The notes under the pieces are model-generated. The model saw only the letters and a program-made list of their open reading frames with translations. It searched no databases and was not told the origin of the DNA. From positions 63,428,001-63,492,000 of the forward strand of contig NC_086097.1 of NCBI RefSeq assembly GCF_963921235.1: a stretch of DNA of 64,000 nt, in the 5' to 3' direction. Position 1 is the first letter of the stretch. Every line of letters begins with the position of its first letter. A program made the position numbers and the translations under genes. This document shows positions 27,871 through 41,624 of this stretch, piece by piece. This DNA comes from Mobula hypostoma. Its lineage: Eukaryota.

Positions 27871-30800
27871 AATCACATTTTGGATAATTTTTGACATATT
27901 TGTATCATTCATAACCTTCAGCATTCTAAAATTCTTCACAAATTTGCAAAAAAAAATTCAATATGATCTTCTCCATGACCAGTTCAATCACAAGATAAAG
28001 ATAATTAACTTTAAATTGTCTTGGGTTAGCAATCAAAATATTCTGGATACTTATATTTCTGTTTCACTATCTCCAAACATCTCAGTCCAGAATCTGAGGC
28101 TAGATGTTGTCAATAATATTTATACCATTTCAATTGTACCATTCCTTTCTAAATTCCAGTCCATCTAGCATGAACCATCGATTTCCTTGTGGACTTCATA
28201 CAAAATATTAGACCAAGGCTTGACCTCAAACTGTGCTGTTACAGACTGATTATCCTCCAAGAATTGAAATGTTTCAAAACAGTAAACCATGAATATGATT
28301 CATAAATATATATTACAGTCACATTTGGTAGTTTTTCAAAGAGGTATGTTGCCAAAACAATTTAATAAAATATATAGTTTAAGACCTTATGCGCTCCTGA
28401 GCAAATCATCCCTACCTCCCACAGGATAAACTGTACCGCAGCGCTATTGATAGCTCTGACTGATAAATAAGGACAGAAACTCAGCTACTGTAAACATAGC
28501 TGATGAAATCAAATAATGAAATTAGTTTTTCCTGGCATTATAGATCCTTCACTTCAGTGACTGATGTTCGGAAAAAACTGCAAAGTTTACTGCTATATAT
28601 CCTTTGAATGTGATCCATTTTTCAAAATCTGAAAATAGAAACACCCAAGCTACACAGGACTAGATTTTGACAAACACTCTGGTCTCCATAGATTAGTTTT
28701 ACAATTTTCATAACCTGCTATCTCACTGATATATTTGCACTTAGCTGCCACATTTATGTTATTTCCGTCTGTTAATTCATATGGATGATGTAATATAGTT
28801 TGGAATATGACCTGTAAAATGAATCAAACTCACGCTTCATGTCCCTTTAGTAAAAGAAATGAATATACAAATCACAGTAACATCAGGGTAAAGAAATGTC
28901 TTATCCTTGAAAATGAGTGTGTCTTTGAAGGTGTAACATGTTGCGTGGTTTATGACACACTGTTAGCAGCCACTATTATTGACTATCTTCAGTACAGAAC
29001 CGATTATTGGCAGTTTTGTCCTAGTTACTTGCTTTGGTGAACAGCAAACAAAGTAAACCTACCGACACTAATTTACTCAATAAGTTTGGGATTTTGCTGC
29101 CGATGACCGACAGTGCGTGTAGAAGTGCCTCAACCAGCTTGAGAAGTACAAGAGTTTATAGGTATTTCTTTTTTCAGGGCATAGGTGCAGACGGTCGTGA
29201 GAGGAAACAATATCACTGATGTCCTGAGGAGCAAACGGAACAGAGAAACAAAGCTGTATGTGTAAAGAAAGAGGCAATATCTTACTGGCACATTTTGACA
29301 AAGCACAAACAAAATGCTGTAAGATTACCAGTGCGACTAAACATGGGCAAGGTCTTTTATGAGGCGGGAAAAAGTTCTAAAAGAACATTTTAGCCCAATA
29401 CTTACAGGGACAGTCAAGAGATCGATGTTTATCATCTGCAATCTACATCTCTAATAAAGGAAGTGTAGGGTGCTCTTCCCTCCACGAGCCTGCAGGTCAC
29501 CCTTGGGCAAGGTGTAGCACCTGCTTAGCCCTCCACCCCCACCCCCACACTCTATCAGAGTCATGTGAAGCTATGGGAGTAGCTGGTGGATGGTCGTGTG
29601 AGCAGATAGTGCATATCACAAGTCCTGTTTCTGCGACCACTGATGCCAGGCAGACAATCTCTGAAGAGTATAGTTAATGGCAGAGATCACTCATCTTATA
29701 ATGACACTGCCCAGAAGACAGTGGCAAAACACTTCTGCAGAAACATTTGCCACGAACAATGGTGGCCATGGAAGGACCATGGTCTCCAAAATCTTACAAC
29801 AGGGCTCATAACGAACAAATGAATCTAGTATAAGCATGGTCACAGTTAAAGACACTATTTACTTCTAGATTGACCACTGTGAGGGCATTTGGTATGTAGA
29901 CTGGTTGATGAAAGATTTCAGGCAGAAATGCTTGATGTGGAGAACATAACAGTTGACAGGGCATGTGTGATACCAAAGGACCAAACTACATGGATCACCC
30001 AGCATGAACATGGATACCACATTTGGACATGGCAATGAGACTCCCAGCCCATTGGACCTTCTCCTGAGAATTTGAACACTTATGTTTAAATAGGGAAGAA
30101 TGTCCCAGAGACTAAATCAGCAGCAGATTGTCATAGCAACAATCATGCAGTCATGCTTAAAGATAATATTGTAGGAGGGTTGTTGTTTAGAAACCATTCT
30201 ACAGAGTACTGGTGAGGACTCATCTTGACCAGCGAGCACAGTTTTGTATGTCTTTTTTAAGAAAGGATATGCTGACATTAGAGAGAGTATAAATGAGTTT
30301 CATGTTATAATTCTCAGGAATTATCCTGGGGAAGTTGATACAAAAAAGGAGATGAGGCCTGGAGGAGATTAAGAGATTCAAAGTACATTTATTATCAAAG
30401 TATGTATGTAGTATACAACCCTGAGATTAGTCTGCCCCACAGTAAAAGGATTGGTTCAATGATGCAGCCATTACTAGAGGATGTACATTTGTAGATCAGA
30501 AGGCTTCAGAGAGCTGAAATCAGCAGATGACACACTACACTCGAGGAAAAGTAATCTGTCAAATATGAGGGTGCCTGGAATGAACCTAACCACAAATAAA
30601 ACTTTGCATTTGAGGAAATCATAATAGTAATTTAGTTAATGTACAGTAAATTTCATGGGTTTGTTACTTTCTGGAAAAGGCAAGATTTGAGTGTGTGTAC
30701 TTCTAAGAACTGTACACCATGTAGTTACTGATTCTTGATATTCTATTTTACTAATCGCTAGTCATAGTTAAGTGTTGACTATATTGTCAAAAAAAGATGA

Positions 30801-30928
30801 TTTATTGATAACCCTGTTCTTGTTACTTAAGGAAATTCAACACAAAGAAAACTTGTGAAGTAGACATTCATCATAAATAGATTTTACCAATTAACTCCTG
30901 TTTGAAATATAATCTACAAATGTACAAC

Positions 30929-33289
30929 CATAGAAACATAGAAACATAGAAAATAGGTGCAGGAGTAGGCCATTCGGCCCTTCGAGCCTGCACCGCCATT
31001 TATTATGATCATGGCTGATCATCCAACTCAGAACCCAGCCTTCCCTCCATACCCCCTGACCCCTGTAGCCACAAGGGCCATATCTAACTTCCTTTTAAAC
31101 ATAGCTAATGAACTGGCCTCAACAGTTTGCTGTGGCAGAGAATTCCACAGATTCACCACTCTCTGTGTGAAGAAGTTTTTCCTAACCTCGGTCCTAAAAG
31201 GCTTCCCCTCTATCCTCAAACTGTGACCCCTCGTTCTAGACCTCCCCAACATCGGGAACAATCTTCCTGCATCTAGCCTGTCCAATCCCTTTAGGATCTT
31301 ATACGTTTCAATCAGATCCCCCCTCAATCTTCTAAATTCCAACGAGTACAAGCCCAGTTCATCCAGTCTTTCTTCATATGAAAGACCTGCCATCCCAGGA
31401 ATCAATCTGGTGAACCTTCTTTGTACTCCCTCTATGGCAAAGATGTCTTTCCTCAGATTAGGGGACCAAAACTGCACACAATACTCCAGGTGTGGTCTCA
31501 CCAAGGCCTTGTACAACTGCAGTAGTACCTCCCTGCTCCTGTACTCGAATCCTCTCGCTATAAATGCCAGCATACCGTTCGCCTTTTTCACCGCCTGCTG
31601 TACCTGCATGCCCACTTTCAATGACTGGTGTATAATGACACCCAGGTCTCGTTGCACCTCCCCTTTTCCTAATCGGCCACCATTCAGATAATAATCTGTT
31701 TTCCTATTTTTGCCACCAAAGTGGATAACTTCACATTTATCCACATTAAATTGCATCTGCCATGAGTTTGCCCACTCACCCAACCTATCCAAGTCACCCT
31801 GCATCCTCTTAGCATCCTCCTCACTGCTAACACTGCCACCCAGCTTCGTGTCATCCGCAAACTTGGAGATGCTGCATTTAATTCCCTCATCCAAGTCATT
31901 AATATATATTGTAAACAACTGGGGTCCCAGCACTGAGCCTTGCGGTACCCCACTAGTCACCGCCTGCCATTCTGAAAAGGTCCCGTTTATTCCCACTCTT
32001 TGCTTCCTGTCTGCTAACCAATTCTCCACCCACACCAATACCTTACCCCCAATACCGTGTGCTTTAAGTTTGCACACTAATCTCCTATGTGGGACCTTGT
32101 CAAAAGCCTTTTGAAAATCCAAATATACCACATCCACTGGTTCTCCCCTATCCACTCTACTAGTTACATCCTCAAAAAATTCTATGAGATTCGTCAGACA
32201 TGATTTTCCTTTCACAAATCCATGCTGACTTTGTCCGATCATTTCACCGCTTTCCAAATGTGCTGTTATCACATCCTTGATAACTGACTCCAGCAGTTTC
32301 CCCACCACCGACGTTAGGCTAACCGGCCTATAATTCCCCGGTTTCTCTCTCCCTCCTTTTTTAAAAAGTGGGGTTACATTAGCCACCCTCCAATCCTCAG
32401 GAACTAGTCCAGAATCTAACGAGTTTTGAAAAATTATCACTAATGCATCCACTATTTCTTGGGCCACTTCCTTAAGCACTCTGGGATGCAGACCATCTGG
32501 CCCTGGGGATTTATCTGCCTTCAATCCCTTCAATTTACCTAACACCACTTCCCTACTAACATGTATTTCGCTCAGTTCCTCCATCTCACTGGACCCTCTG
32601 TCCCTTACTATTTCTGGAAGATTATTTATGTCCTCCTTAGTGAAGACAGAACCAAAGTAATTATTCAATTGGTCTGCCATGTCCTTGCTCCCCATAATCA
32701 ATTCACCTGTTTCTGTTTGCAGGGGACCTACATTTGTCTTTATCAGTCTTTTCCTTTTTACATATCTATAAAAGCTTTTACAGTCCGTTTTTATGTTCTC
32801 TGCCAGTTTTCTCTCATAATCTTTTTTCCCCTTCCTAATTAAGCCCTTTGTCCTCCTCTGCTGAACTCTGAATTTCTCCCAGTCCTCAGGTGAGCCACTT
32901 TCTCTGGCTAATTTGTATGCTACTTCTTTGGAATTGATACTATCCCTAATTTCTCTTGTCAGCCACGGGTGCACTACCTTCCTTGATTTATTCTTTTGCC
33001 AAACTGGGATGAACAATTGTTGTAGTTCATCCATGCAACCTTTAAATGCCTGCCATTGCATATCCACCGTCAATCCTTGAAGTGTCATTTGCCAGTCTAT
33101 CTTAGCTAATTCATGTCTCATACCTTCAAAGTTACCCCTCTTTAAGTTCAGAACCTTTGTTTCTGAATTAACTACGTCACTCTCCATGTTAATGAAGAAT
33201 TCCACCATATTATGGTCACTCTTACCCAAGGGGCCTCTCACGACAAGATCGCTAATTAACCCTTCCTCATTGCTCAAAACCCAGTCCAT
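30929..33289 (-). mobile_element. young 5'-truncated CR1 LINE
   Basis: Uninterrupted ORF2 fragment, 3' UTR and (TTTCTATG)n tail at 30929-30952. Confidence 0.96.
31028..33289 (-). CDS. CR1 ORF2 fragment (endonuclease end plus RT), 753 aa open
   Basis: LGKSDHN, KSPGPDG, NYRPVSLTS, YLDFQKAFDKV, GVPQGSVLGP, KFADDTK; the apparent ATG lies at the truncation point. Confidence 0.9.
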   Translation of the reverse strand: MDWVLSNEEGLISDLVVRGPLGKSDHNMVEFFINMESDVVNSETKVLNLKRGNFEGMRHELAKIDWQMTLQGLTVDMQWQAFKGCMDELQQLFIPVWQKNKSRKVVHPWLTREIRDSINSKEVAYKLARESGSPEDWEKFRVQQRRTKGLIRKGKKDYERKLAENIKTDCKSFYRYVKRKRLIKTNVGPLQTETGELIMGSKDMADQLNNYFGSVFTKEDINNLPEIVRDRGSSEMEELSEIHVSREVVLGKLKGLKADKSPGPDGLHPRVLKEVAQEIVDALVIIFQNSLDSGLVPEDWRVANVTPLFKKGGREKPGNYRPVSLTSVVGKLLESVIKDVITAHLESGEMIGQSQHGFVKGKSCLTNLIEFFEDVTSRVDRGEPVDVVYLDFQKAFDKVPHRRLVCKLKAHGIGGKVLVWVENWLADRKQRVGINGTFSEWQAVTSGVPQGSVLGPQLFTIYINDLDEGIKCSISKFADDTKLGGSVSSEEDAKRMQGDLDRLGEWANSWQMQFNVDKCEVIHFGGKNRKTDYYLNGGRLGKGEVQRDLGVIIHQSLKVGMQVQQAVKKANGMLAFIARGFEYRSREVLLQLYKALVRPHLEYCVQFWSPNLRKDIFAIEGVQRRFTRLIPGMAGLSYEERLDELGLYSLEFRRLRGDLIETYKILKGLDRLDAGRLFPMLGRSRTRGHSLRIEGKPFRTEVRKNFFTQRVVNLWNSLPQQTVEASSLAMFKRKLDMALVATGVRGYGGKAGF

Positions 33290-33619
33290 TTCAGACCATT
33301 GTGCTTAGACCGATCCAAATGGTACAAAGGTGGCTTTCAATAATTGTGATTTGTTTTGTGCCGTATAACCTTGCTGACCTCCCAAAATGAAATTTTAGAC
33401 AAAACTTTGAAAGATTAAAATCTACATTTCTTCAAGCACCTTTTGATTGCTAGAAAGCACAAAATTTTCTGGTGCCTTATTTTGTTATGAGATTTGAATT
33501 TTAAATCATTGTCTAGGAAATAGGTTTAGGTAAAATACCAGGAACAGATTCAGAGTTTCACCCTTCCAGAAATCAAGAATGCAACCTTGAAAAGAGCGGG
33601 GGGGAGGGGGGAGGGGAGG

Positions 33620-33837
33620 GAACGTCGACTCAGACCACGAGAGGCCTGCGTCGGGCATTTTCATACCTTACAATGCGCAGATTGGAAGTCTGTGTGGGGC
33701 GCCACTCCTCGCACAGACTAGAGCAATGAATGGTTAAGTGCCTTGCTCAAGGACACAAACACGCTGCCACAGCTGAGGCTCGAACTAGTGACCTTCAAAT
33801 CGCTAGATGAACGCCTTAACCACTTGGCCATGTGCCC
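33620..33837 (-). mobile_element. tRNA-derived SINE
   Basis: Minus strand: box A TGGCCAAGTGG, box B AGTTCGAGCC, then the conserved SINE core GTGTCCTTGAGCAAGGCACTTAACC. Confidence 0.75.
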
Positions 33838-34544
33838 AACACCAACAACCTTGAAAGACTGCCCCTGAAAGGTTGATAGGTGTTACTTCCTTAAAAGACT
33901 GTGTCACACAGGTCTCTCTTATAATACTCTTTGTAAATTGTGCTTCAGTTGACCACTGACTTCCAGAGTAACTAGTTGCATTCACTTAATGTTCTGTGTC
34001 AAAGTGAGTTAATGCACGTTAATGATTTTCAGCTGCAGACATCTGTTCAGGAGAACCTGCAATACACTGCAATGCAGAAAGCAAGACGAGGTGGGTTTGC
34101 AAATTTGAAAAGGTGTGATGAAACAGCATGTATTCCTTGAAGCTAACAGGTGGTAGAAACTAAGTAGTATTCAAAAATAAAGCAAAGGGTATAGATTCAC
34201 CTGCAGCTCGTTCAGTATTCTCAAAGTGACTCCCAACACATCAGTGAGACCAAGCAGAGACTATGCAACTGAGCACCTGTGCACTCTCTGCAGTAGGAGA
34301 TCTGAGTTCCTTGCTTCATGCCTTTTCCACTCACCATCCCACTCCCACTCACACACAGACAAGCTCATCCTCATTCCTCTCCATTACCAGGATATGGCCA
34401 AGCACAAACTTATTTTCATGTAGCACCATGGTCCTGAAAAACATTGTCTTGTTTTTACTGTGTACTGTACCAGCAGTTGTGGTTGAAATGACAATATAAA
34501 GAGACTTGACTTGACTTGAACTCCAGAACTGAAACATTCCAAGT

Positions 34545-35035
34545 ATTGTGTTCAATTCTGGATTATAGAAAGGATGTGGATCCTACAGAGAGGGTGCAGA
34601 GGAGCTTTACCAGGAAGCTGCCTGGATTGGAGAGCATGTCTTATGATGATAAGTTGAGCGAGCTAGGGCTTTGCTCTTTGGAGTGAAGGAAGAAAGGACG
34701 TGACTTGATAGCAGTCTAAAAGATGACAAGTGGCATAGATTGAGTGGACAGCCAGAAATTTTTTCTCAAGATGGGAAATGCTAATGCAAGGGGATATACA
34801 GTAATTTTAAGGTGATTGGAGGAAAGTATAGGGGAAATGCCAGAGGTAATTTTCTTACACAAAGAGTGGTGGGTACATGGTAGGCACGCCCATTGGTGGT
34901 AGTAGAGGCACATACATGAGGATACATTGAAGAGACTTATAGATAAGCACATGGATGAAAGAAAAATGGGGGGCAATGTGGGAGGGAAGGATTAGATTAA
35001 TGCTGGGGTAGGGCCTGCACTGTTCTATGTTCTAT
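34545..35035 (+). mobile_element. old CR1 3' fragment
   Basis: ERVQRSFTRKLPGL and 3' UTR with TTCTATG tail. Confidence 0.75.
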
Positions 35036-35165
35036 CTCATCCAATTTGCTCTCACATCTACATGATTTGTTCTATTTAGCTGCAAAACATTTAATTTTGA
35101 TGACATTGTGTCCACCTATCTTTACCATGAGACTACTAATTAATCCTTTAGTGCTGGACAATATA

Positions 35166-35710
35166 CATGCAGTGGTCACTTTGTTAGGTACAGGAGGTTC
35201 GAATAAAGTCGTCACTGTCTGCATTTCCATATGTATGTGGTCTTCTGCTGCTGTAGCTCATCCATTTCAAACTTCACACGTCATTCAGAGATGCTCTTCT
35301 GCAGACTGCAGTTGTAATGCATGGTTATTTGAGTTACTGTCGCCTTTCTGTCAGCTTGAACCAGTCTGGCCATTCTCCTCTGATCTTTCTCATTAACAAA
35401 GCATTTTCACCCACAGACTGCCACTCATTGGATGTGTTTTCTTTCACACCATTCTCTATAAACTCTAGAGACTGTAGTTGATGAAAACCCCAGAAGATCA
35501 GATACTCAAACCACTCCGTCTGGCACCATGAATTATTCCATGGTCAAAGTCACATTCCTTCCCAATTTTGGTGTTTTTTCTGAACAACTGAACCTCTTGG
35601 CAATGTTTGCATGATTTCATGTATTGATTTGCTGCCAAATAATTGGCTGATTAGATGTTTCCATTATTGAGCATATGTACACATATACCTAATAAATTGT
35701 TCACTGAGTG
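35166..35710. mobile_element. non-autonomous Tc1/mariner-type element
   Basis: Degenerate TIRs CAGTGGTCACTTTGTTAGGTA / TACCTAATAAATTGTTCACTGAGTG, TA on both sides. Confidence 0.65.
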
Positions 35711-35789
35711 TAAGTTCCTGTCACTTCCAGCTATCATCTCCCAGCTTCTTGCATCATTCCCATTCTCCCACTTCCTCATCCACCTATGA

Positions 35790-36870
35790 ACTGTATCCTT
35801 TCTGTAATACCATGGTCTTTTAACTTGTTTAGCAGCCTCATGTGTTTTTCCCTAAAGGGTTCCTTTACCTTAATCTCTCTAATCAATTACAGTTCATGTA
35901 CAAACACCACTCTAGAGTAGCTAACCCCCTTGTGGGCTCAACCATGAGCTGCTCTAAAAAGCCTTCTCATAGACATTCCAGAAATTCCCCCTCTTGGAAT
36001 CCAAGACCAACCTGATTTTCCCAATCTGTCTGCATATCCCCCATGACTATTGTTAAAATTGCACTTTGGCATGCATTTTCTATCTCTCGTAATTTGTACA
36101 TCACATCCTTACTACTGTTTGTGGTCTGTATACAACACCCATTAGGGTCTTTATACCCTTGCAGTTCCTTAGCTCTACCCCCAATGATTCAACAGCTTCC
36201 AACCCTATATCACCTCCCTCTAATTATTTGATTTCATTTTCACCAGCACAGCCACTTCACCCCCTCTGCCCACTTGCCTGTCCCTTGATGCAACGTGTAT
36301 CCTTGGACATTAAGTTCCCAGTTATGATCTTCTTTCAGCCATGATTCAGTGATGCCCACAACGTCATACATGCCAACCTACAAATGGTATACAAGTTCAT
36401 CTACATTATTCCGTCTTCTGCAGGCATTCAAATATAGCACCTTCAGTCCTGTATTCAGCCTCTTTGATTTTATCCTTTCTTTTACTTTGCAACTCATCCT
36501 GTTGGCTGCAATTTTGCCCCATTATCGGCCTCTCCTTTCTAGCAGTCTCACTACATACGGTCTCTGTTTGTAAACTCAGCACTATCACTCTGATTCACAT
36601 CCCACTGCCAAATTAATTAAATTCTCCTTAGCAACTCTAGTAAAGCTGCCCGCAAGGATAATGGTCATCCAGAGATTACTACCCTGGAGGTCCTGTTTTT
36701 CAATGTTCTACCTAGCTCCCTAAAATCTGTCTTCAGGACTTCCTCATCTTTTCTACCTATGTCATTTGTGCCTTTATGTACCAAGATTTCAATCTGCTCA
36801 ACCTCCCTCTTTAGAATGCCATGTACCTGATCCAAGACATCCTGACCCCGGCACCTGGGAGGTATCAAAC
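35790..36870 (-). mobile_element. decayed CR1 fragments including ORF1 GDSL/esterase region
   Basis: ORF 36665-36868: ILVHKGTNDIGRK...FRELGRTLKNRTSRVVISG (HIGTND-like block); endonuclease-like pieces on the left. Confidence 0.7.
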
Positions 36871-36899
36871 CACCAGGTTTTGCACTTCAGTAAGATCAA

Positions 36900-37230
36900 C
36901 CAGGGTAGGTCTTACACAGTGGATGGAGTGTGGTAGAACAAAGGGATCTGGGAATACAGAGCCATAATGCATTGAAAGTGGCATCACAGGTGGATAGGGT
37001 CATAAAGAAAGCTTTTGGCACATTGGCCTTCATAAATCAATGTATTGAGTACAGGAGATGGGATGTTATGTTGAAGTTGTATAAGACATTGGTGAGACCC
37101 AATTTGTAGTGTTGTGTACATTTGTTGTCACCTACCTACAGGAAAGATGTAAACAAGTAGGCAGTTTAAATGGCTTCGGCATGGACTAGATGGGCTGAAG
37201 GTCCTGTTTTTATGCTGTACTTCTCTATGA
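36900..37230 (+). mobile_element. CR1 3' fragment with internal deletion
   Basis: QRDLGIQ..LKVASQVDRVIKKAFGTLAFI..LYKTLVRP. Confidence 0.7.
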
Positions 37231-38280
37231 CCATCCTAGTGTCTCTACAGGGTCCGCAGAATCTTGTCTGACTATGGAATCTCCTATCACCACTGACACA
37301 CTATTATCACTGATATACATCCTAAAATTTGTTGTTTTGTGGCAGAATCACAGTGCAATACATAAAGACTTCTATAAATTACAAAACGTGTAAAAAAATC
37401 AATATATAGTGGGAAAAGAGAGCAAAATAGAGGGGTAATGTACGTAGATTCAGGGAACATTCAGAAATCTGATGGCACAAGAAAAGAAGCTGTTCCTAAA
37501 ACATTGAGTGTGCATCTGCAGACACAGGAACACATATATAATGTATTACTGCATAGAAATGAAGTTGCTATATGTGGGTTACTATCTGGTTTTGTACATA
37601 ATATTAAAGTGTATGACTTCAAACAAATCACCTTAATTTCTAACTGAATGTGTTTATATTTGTTTGAGAAATCGTAATTTATCACATTTAATATTGTCAG
37701 TAGAAACAATTTGGTACATTCAAGTTACTCTTTGATAAGTTGCACCATGCAGTGAGAAAAGCTGGCACCTGATGTGTGACACCAACTCAGTGAGAATGAG
37801 TCTAAATCATGTTGTACATTTGCCACATCATTGGTCAATTGCTGAAGTCCATTAGACGCCATTCTTCACTTTCTAATCACTTAAACCTCGTGTGCTTCTC
37901 ATGCTAAGTTCTAACAATGTTTTTCAATCAGTGATTTAAACAGAACGCACTCAGATTGCACTCATGAGAAACGGTGATTGATTCACACACAAAAAAAAGT
38001 CTTTCAGCTTTCATCAGCATGCCCTGAATCCTTTCACTGTCTCCATGGTTACAAAGCTATCAATTTTGTGAGGAACGCCATCAGTTCTCGACTGCTGTGT
38101 GTGTACCAGCATGTTCTGTACACCCACATACTGTATGCATGCACAAACACAGTAGTGCCCACTTGTTGCCAGCTGTCAGCTCTGACTGCCTTCCACAACT
38201 GCCCTCATCATGCTGCACTATGGTCAAGCAGCTCCTCCAAACAGAGAGCTGGGACCAAGGAAATTAGCCAAACTGACTGT

Positions 38281-38485
38281 AGACTAGTATAATCAATTAA
38301 AACTAGGGAAACTAGCCAAGGTGACCATAGACTAGTATAATCAATTAAACTAGGGAAACTAGCCAAGGTGACCATAGACTAATATAATCAATTAAAACTA
38401 GGGAAACTAGCCAAGGTGACCACAGACTAGTATAATCAATTAAAACTAGGGAAACTAGCCAAGGTGACCATAGTCTAGTATAATC
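38281..38485. repeat. 48-bp minisatellite, ~4.3 copies
   Basis: Unit ACTAGTATAATCAATTAAAACTAGGGAAACTAGCCAAGGTGACCATAG starting at 38283, 38331, 38378, 38426. Confidence 0.95.
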
Positions 38486-39045
38486 CACAAAACTAGTTAG
38501 GTCAGACATTTAGTCTGAGTTTACAGGAAATGATACTGTGACACCAATGCATGCTCCTGACAACATGGTTCATTAAATAGCAACTGAATATCTAACATAA
38601 GTATTGGTCCAGAGAAAGAGAAACAATATGAGGCAGATTTAATGTAACATAGGTTTCCTGCCTGTACTTCATCCACAGGGCTACATTCAAAGCTTCCCCC
38701 AAACTCATTATCTATTGAAGAGATGAGCAATGGCCCGTCTATATTGTCATCCAATTGATCAGGCTGAGAGAAGTAATTGAAAGGTCACGGCAGTGACATA
38801 ACTAACCCTCATCAGCAAGGTGCCCTTATGGTCAGCAATAACGCCACCTTTATGGTCAGCATTGGAGAACACGAACTGCAGCCAGTGATGGCCACAGCAG
38901 CAAAGGCCAACAATGAGGGCACCAAGCAAAGAGGCAGGAGACTAATATTTGTGAAGGACAGAGAAAGCAGGACACCATGAGGTCAGTAATGACACCTGTG
39001 ACCAGCACCACAGTATTGGGGAGACTTGGACACACAGATAGAACT

Positions 39046-39046
<1 letters not shown>

Positions 39047-39086
<40 letters not shown>
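39047..39086. repeat. (GT)n microsatellite
   Basis: Direct observation. Confidence 0.97.
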
Positions 39087-39091
<5 letters not shown>

Positions 39092-41624
39092 ATACTTCAT
39101 CCAGCAGATCAGGAGATCTGTGCAATCGAGACACGAGTGCAGCACACTTGCCTAGCTTACTTAAAGTTCGATATAATGCTTAATGCCAATCACATTCGAA
39201 AATTTATTTTTTTGTGAATCTATCTGGTGATGGAGAATTAGTGAATCTTAAATAGTTTCTAATGTATTTCTAAAACCACAAGGATTAGGTAGAGCTGTGT
39301 GAAAAGTATGTCACAAAGTTAAATAATAAACTTGCCACATAGATTTAAGATTGACATTCCACAAATAAGTGTCCAATTTTCATTACCAGTGATTTCAACA
39401 GAAATTAAAATCAGTCTACTCTACAATAGATCCAAGTTTTCTATCCAAATAACAGTTGAAAATGACCCTTTAGTCTTTTATTTCCCCCACATGGAAAGCT
39501 TTTATGGAAATTCACTTTGCAGTAAATAAACTAAAATCTATTTCAAAATTGTCTTCAGGTGAACAGCGTTTTTTTTAACCTCCTCTAGGTGCCATGCCTG
39601 TAAAGTCATTTTGAATTTCAAATGCTTTCATACTGGCATGTCTGTTGATAAGAAAAGTACATCTTTTGCTGAAAGCATAAATTTGACTTGATGGTTTATT
39701 TACAGGGACCTAACAAATTCAGTATAAATCTAGTCATTTATGATTGTCTGCTATTGATTAACCAGAACTGAGACTCACAATGAAGAGTGACAGCAAATCT
39801 ATTTAGCCTAGAAAGAAAGCAGCACCAGGCCCTTAAATAATATTCTTCCAAAATTCCCTAAATGTTGTACGTCAAAGAAGAAGATTCCCCTGGTTCATCA
39901 CCAAACAGCATCTGCATTCACACGTTCTCTTAGTTTCAACAGGATTCCACCAGCAAACATATCTTTTCCTATCTTTCTATAATGTAAAGGGTTAATCTTT
40001 GTGCTTGTCAAATGTCTCATCACCATTGTGGCCTTGAACTTAACAGAACTTTGAGAATACAGCCATGAGAATGCAGGAGCATGAAAGGGGGGTGAACGCA
40101 GGGTTGAGACTCTTGAAAAGTGGTTACGGATAATGATTGGTTCTGATTCAGTGCTATGTATCGGTCGCTTACTGTCACATTTCATATCAGTGGAAAGGGT
40201 TTAAACTAGGTTGGTCGGGGGACTGGGGGTGAGAGTGCTTGGTAGGAGTTCTTCAAGACCTCATGAACAGCACCATGGGAGGTGTGTGGCAGTGCAAGGA
40301 GCCTGCGCATACCTAGATAAGTATTTTAATACACAGTCATAGTCATAGTCATACTTTATTGATCCCGAGGGAAATTGATTTTCATTACAGTTGCACCAAC
40401 CAAGAATAGAGTATAAATATAGCAATATAAAACCATAAATAATTAAATAGTAATATGAAAATTATGCCAGGAAATAAGTCCAGGACCAGCCTATTGGCTC
40501 AGAGTGTCTGACCCTCCAAGGGAGGAGTTCTGTTCTGTTCTGTTCTGTTCTAAGAAACATAGTTCTGTAGTTCTAAGAAGATAATTGGAGTTTGTATCTT
40601 TCTGTGAATCTGAGCTGGATCTGAGAACCGTTTGTTGTAGCGAAACACCTTCCTTTTTAGCATTTCAAAGAGACTTCACTTTGGAACTCTCTCTTTCATC
40701 ACCACCAACCATTTCTCTTCTCACATGAAATCGCCCATCTTTTTTACCTCTGCCCGTCCCACAATTGAAGGATGCAAACAGTCCTTCCAATCATTGCTTT
40801 TGAACTTTTTCCAATCAAATGTATCACATTCAGTGTTTACAATGTGATCTCTCCAAGAAAGAAACCAACCTCAGCTTGAGTGGCAACTTTGGAGAACACT
40901 TGTATTCTGTCTGTAGGAACAACTCAGAGTTATTATGTGCCACATTCATGCTCCATTGTATTCCCACTTTGACTATCTGCCGTAAGCCTCCTGCTCTGTT
41001 ATAACAATACCTAATGTAAGTTTGAGGAATTGCACTTCATTTTCCAACTGAAGATATTGGACACAATATTGAATTCTACATCCATTTGAACAACCTGATC
41101 TTGTGGGTATGTCCCACTGCCCAGCATGTCACACCTTTCCACATTTCCTGTCCGTATTCTCAATCTCTCAATGTTTATTTCAAAGCAATTGTTCCATTTA
41201 CCTTCTGTCTAAATACTCATTAACCCATTAAACAAATGACCTCCACAGCCTATCCACAGGCCTCACCACATCAGAGACACCCTGTGTACTATCCAACCTT
41301 CCCTCACCCTCACTGTTATTTAAAAACTGATCTTGCAATTCTGACAGTCTTCAACATGAAATGTCAATTCTGTTCGCTTTTCCATCAATGTTGGCTAATG
41401 TGCTGATCTTCTATTTTTATTTCAGATTTCCGGCATCTGCAGGTTTTCTTATTTATTATTTAAGACAAAGTGAGGGGTTTGTTATGGGATCTCAGTGGAG
41501 ATGTTGGTCTGGCATAGGAATGGATTGGAGATGACATGGAGACCAGTGACAATCGCTAGAGGACTGCTGGTCAAAAGGTTCTGCAGGACAGAGAGTGTCA
41601 GTAATAGGAGGATTTCCTAATCAA

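Noticed and set aside
33760..33837. tRNA gene
   Set aside because: The A and B boxes run into a SINE core and there is no proper acceptor stem.
38281..38485. CRISPR-like repeat array
   Set aside because: Units are contiguous with no unique spacers, there are no cas genes, and the context is eukaryotic.
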